Notes under the pieces: generated by a model | Told to the model about the DNA's origin: nothing | What the model saw: the letters and a program-made list of their open reading frames with translations, nothing else | Database searches by the model: none | Assembly (NCBI GenBank): GCA_964247055.1 | Contig: OZ176052.1 | Span: 11,098,001 to 11,162,000, forward strand | Direction of reading: 5' to 3' | Source of the DNA: Paragordius varius | Taxonomy: Eukaryota > Animalia > Nematomorpha | Length of the DNA stretch: 64,000 nucleotides | Made by a program: the position numbers and the translations under genes | In this document: one piece after another, positions 62,600 through 64,000 of the stretch | Layout: every line of letters starts with the position of its first letter | Numbering within the stretch: position 1 is the first letter of the stretch

Positions 62600-63702
62600 T
62601 AGCTGTAGTGAAGTATTTTTTGGTAAAAAAAACTTTTGAAGGATTAATTTTTTATTTTATTTAGCATATTGTCCATTGGCTAGGTAATTCGCCATACCAG
62701 AAAAATTCATTGTCTTTTTTGACAAACCACTTAAGCCATTTTCTCTTCTTTATTAAACCGCTGCTCTGCGAGGATATGCACCATGATGCAAAGTGGTACT
62801 AATCAGATCTCGCAAGTCAGGAGAGAACCGCAGATGTGGGAAAATCTTCATCGTAGCGATTTTATAGTTTCTTTGTTTTGCTGTATGAGACGGAGCATTG
62901 CCATCTAGTAAAATATATTGCTGTCTTCTGGCCTTTTCCGGTCTTTCAATTAATGCATTGTTTGATTAGACCGTTGTGTATTAACGGTTTCATTATCCTC
63001 AAAGTTGATAAGAGATAACTCAGATCCATCAAACTTAGAATGTGGTATTGTTGCCGAGCGATTTAGCATTTTAAAAACCAGTTTAGCAAGGTGAAAGCCA
63101 CCATTTTTCACTTTCAATTTGCAAAATAAGCCACTTCTCATCACCCATTACAATGCTATGCATAACCTCGTTACGTTTTAGAGGAATTCGAAAGTCACTT
63201 TAAAATTTTCGGTTTGAACTTCATTCTAATTAGTGACACCATTTACCGAGCTTATTGATCCTTTCCATTACTCGTCTACTGATTTTCTGATTTAATGCTT
63301 CTCCAATTACACAAGTTTGAGTTGGCAATAAATCTGGCATCTTATTGTCTTTCGCGGCTGTGAGGCTAACCAGAGAACCCTCTCTCCTTCATATTGAAAT
63401 TACAACTTTTAAATTTCACACAGTCAATGAATCAAGTTCACCCTATGTATCTACTAGCAAACGACTACTTTCAACAGCCTTTTTCTTCTGTTAAGAAAAG
63501 CAATGCGTGTTGTAAAGGTTCTTTTTCAGGCACAATTATGATTACTAAATGATAAAAATGAGACGCTAGTTTTTGGCCTCAACTTAGTGTGTTTGTCATT
63601 TAATGTCTGAACAAAATGGCGTCTGTGTCAAATTAATCGACTACGTACTTTTCCCAGATGTGTTCATAGTAAAACCGGTTACTTATGATTACACTTGGTA
63701 TA
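62600..63702 (-). mobile_element. Degenerate mariner transposon relic
   Basis: Minus strand ARRQQYILLDGNAPSHTAK (cf. ILLHDNAPxH), IFPHLRFSPDL (cf. HPPYSPDL) and NETVNTQR. Right TIR (reverse complement TATACCAAGTGTAATCATAAGT) matches the TIR at 16094-16115. Confidence 0.8.
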
Positions 63703-64000
63703 TTAAGATTACTTATGCATATCTGTAAGTTATGAGAGAGGATTTTTGTATGGAAAAAATCTTTTTGATCTTTTGGCTTTTGTATTTCATGTTTGCGTTA
63801 AATGTGCTTTAAAATAAGAAAATTGCAATCATTATTATATGCATATCTAAAATGTTTCAGTTACGCCTGCCCACTGTGTTTTTTGAGAAAGAAGCTTTCA
63901 ATTTCTTTAATTTTCACAATTGTTTAAAAAATCTTTGAATCAATCATAGAGTTAAATTACCCTTTATATACGGCTGTCAAAAATAACTATTGTTTTGCAG

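Noticed and set aside
1-64000. Non-standard genetic code or prokaryotic/organellar origin suggested by the extreme AT content
   Set aside because: Conserved CPSF4, ZFAND and RECK residues translate correctly with the standard code, and the genes have GT..AG introns.

Overview
Very AT-rich eukaryotic (metazoan) genomic DNA with spliceosomal introns; no prokaryotic features, rRNA, tRNA or CRISPR seen. Joining GT..AG-bounded exons by hand gives six supported genes. (1) The 3' part of a giant KASH-domain nuclear-envelope protein (nesprin/ANC-1/MSP-300 class, >3,900 aa), with a >7-kb exon full of unfamiliar repeats. (2) A 29-exon RECK orthologue of about 1,760 aa, nearly twice the human length. 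(3) An A20/AN1 zinc-finger gene (ZFAND5/6-like). (4, 5) Two intronless, tail-to-tail paralogous class-A-like 7TM receptors lacking DRY/NPxxY. (6) CPSF4/CPSF30. ZFAND and CPSF4 contain obligatory introns of only 22-28 nt. Introns and intergenic DNA hold many DNA-transposon derivatives: a PIF/Harbinger foldback element with ~602-bp inverted arms, a family of TTAA-flanked piggyBac-like MITEs, a 3-kb hAT-like element with an 8-bp TSD, two mariner relics, Tc1-like hairpin MITEs and an inverted Penelope fragment. Fragments of one or two further unidentified genes lie at 44-52 kb. All exon models are manual and need RNA confirmation. The taxon cannot be determined from this window.
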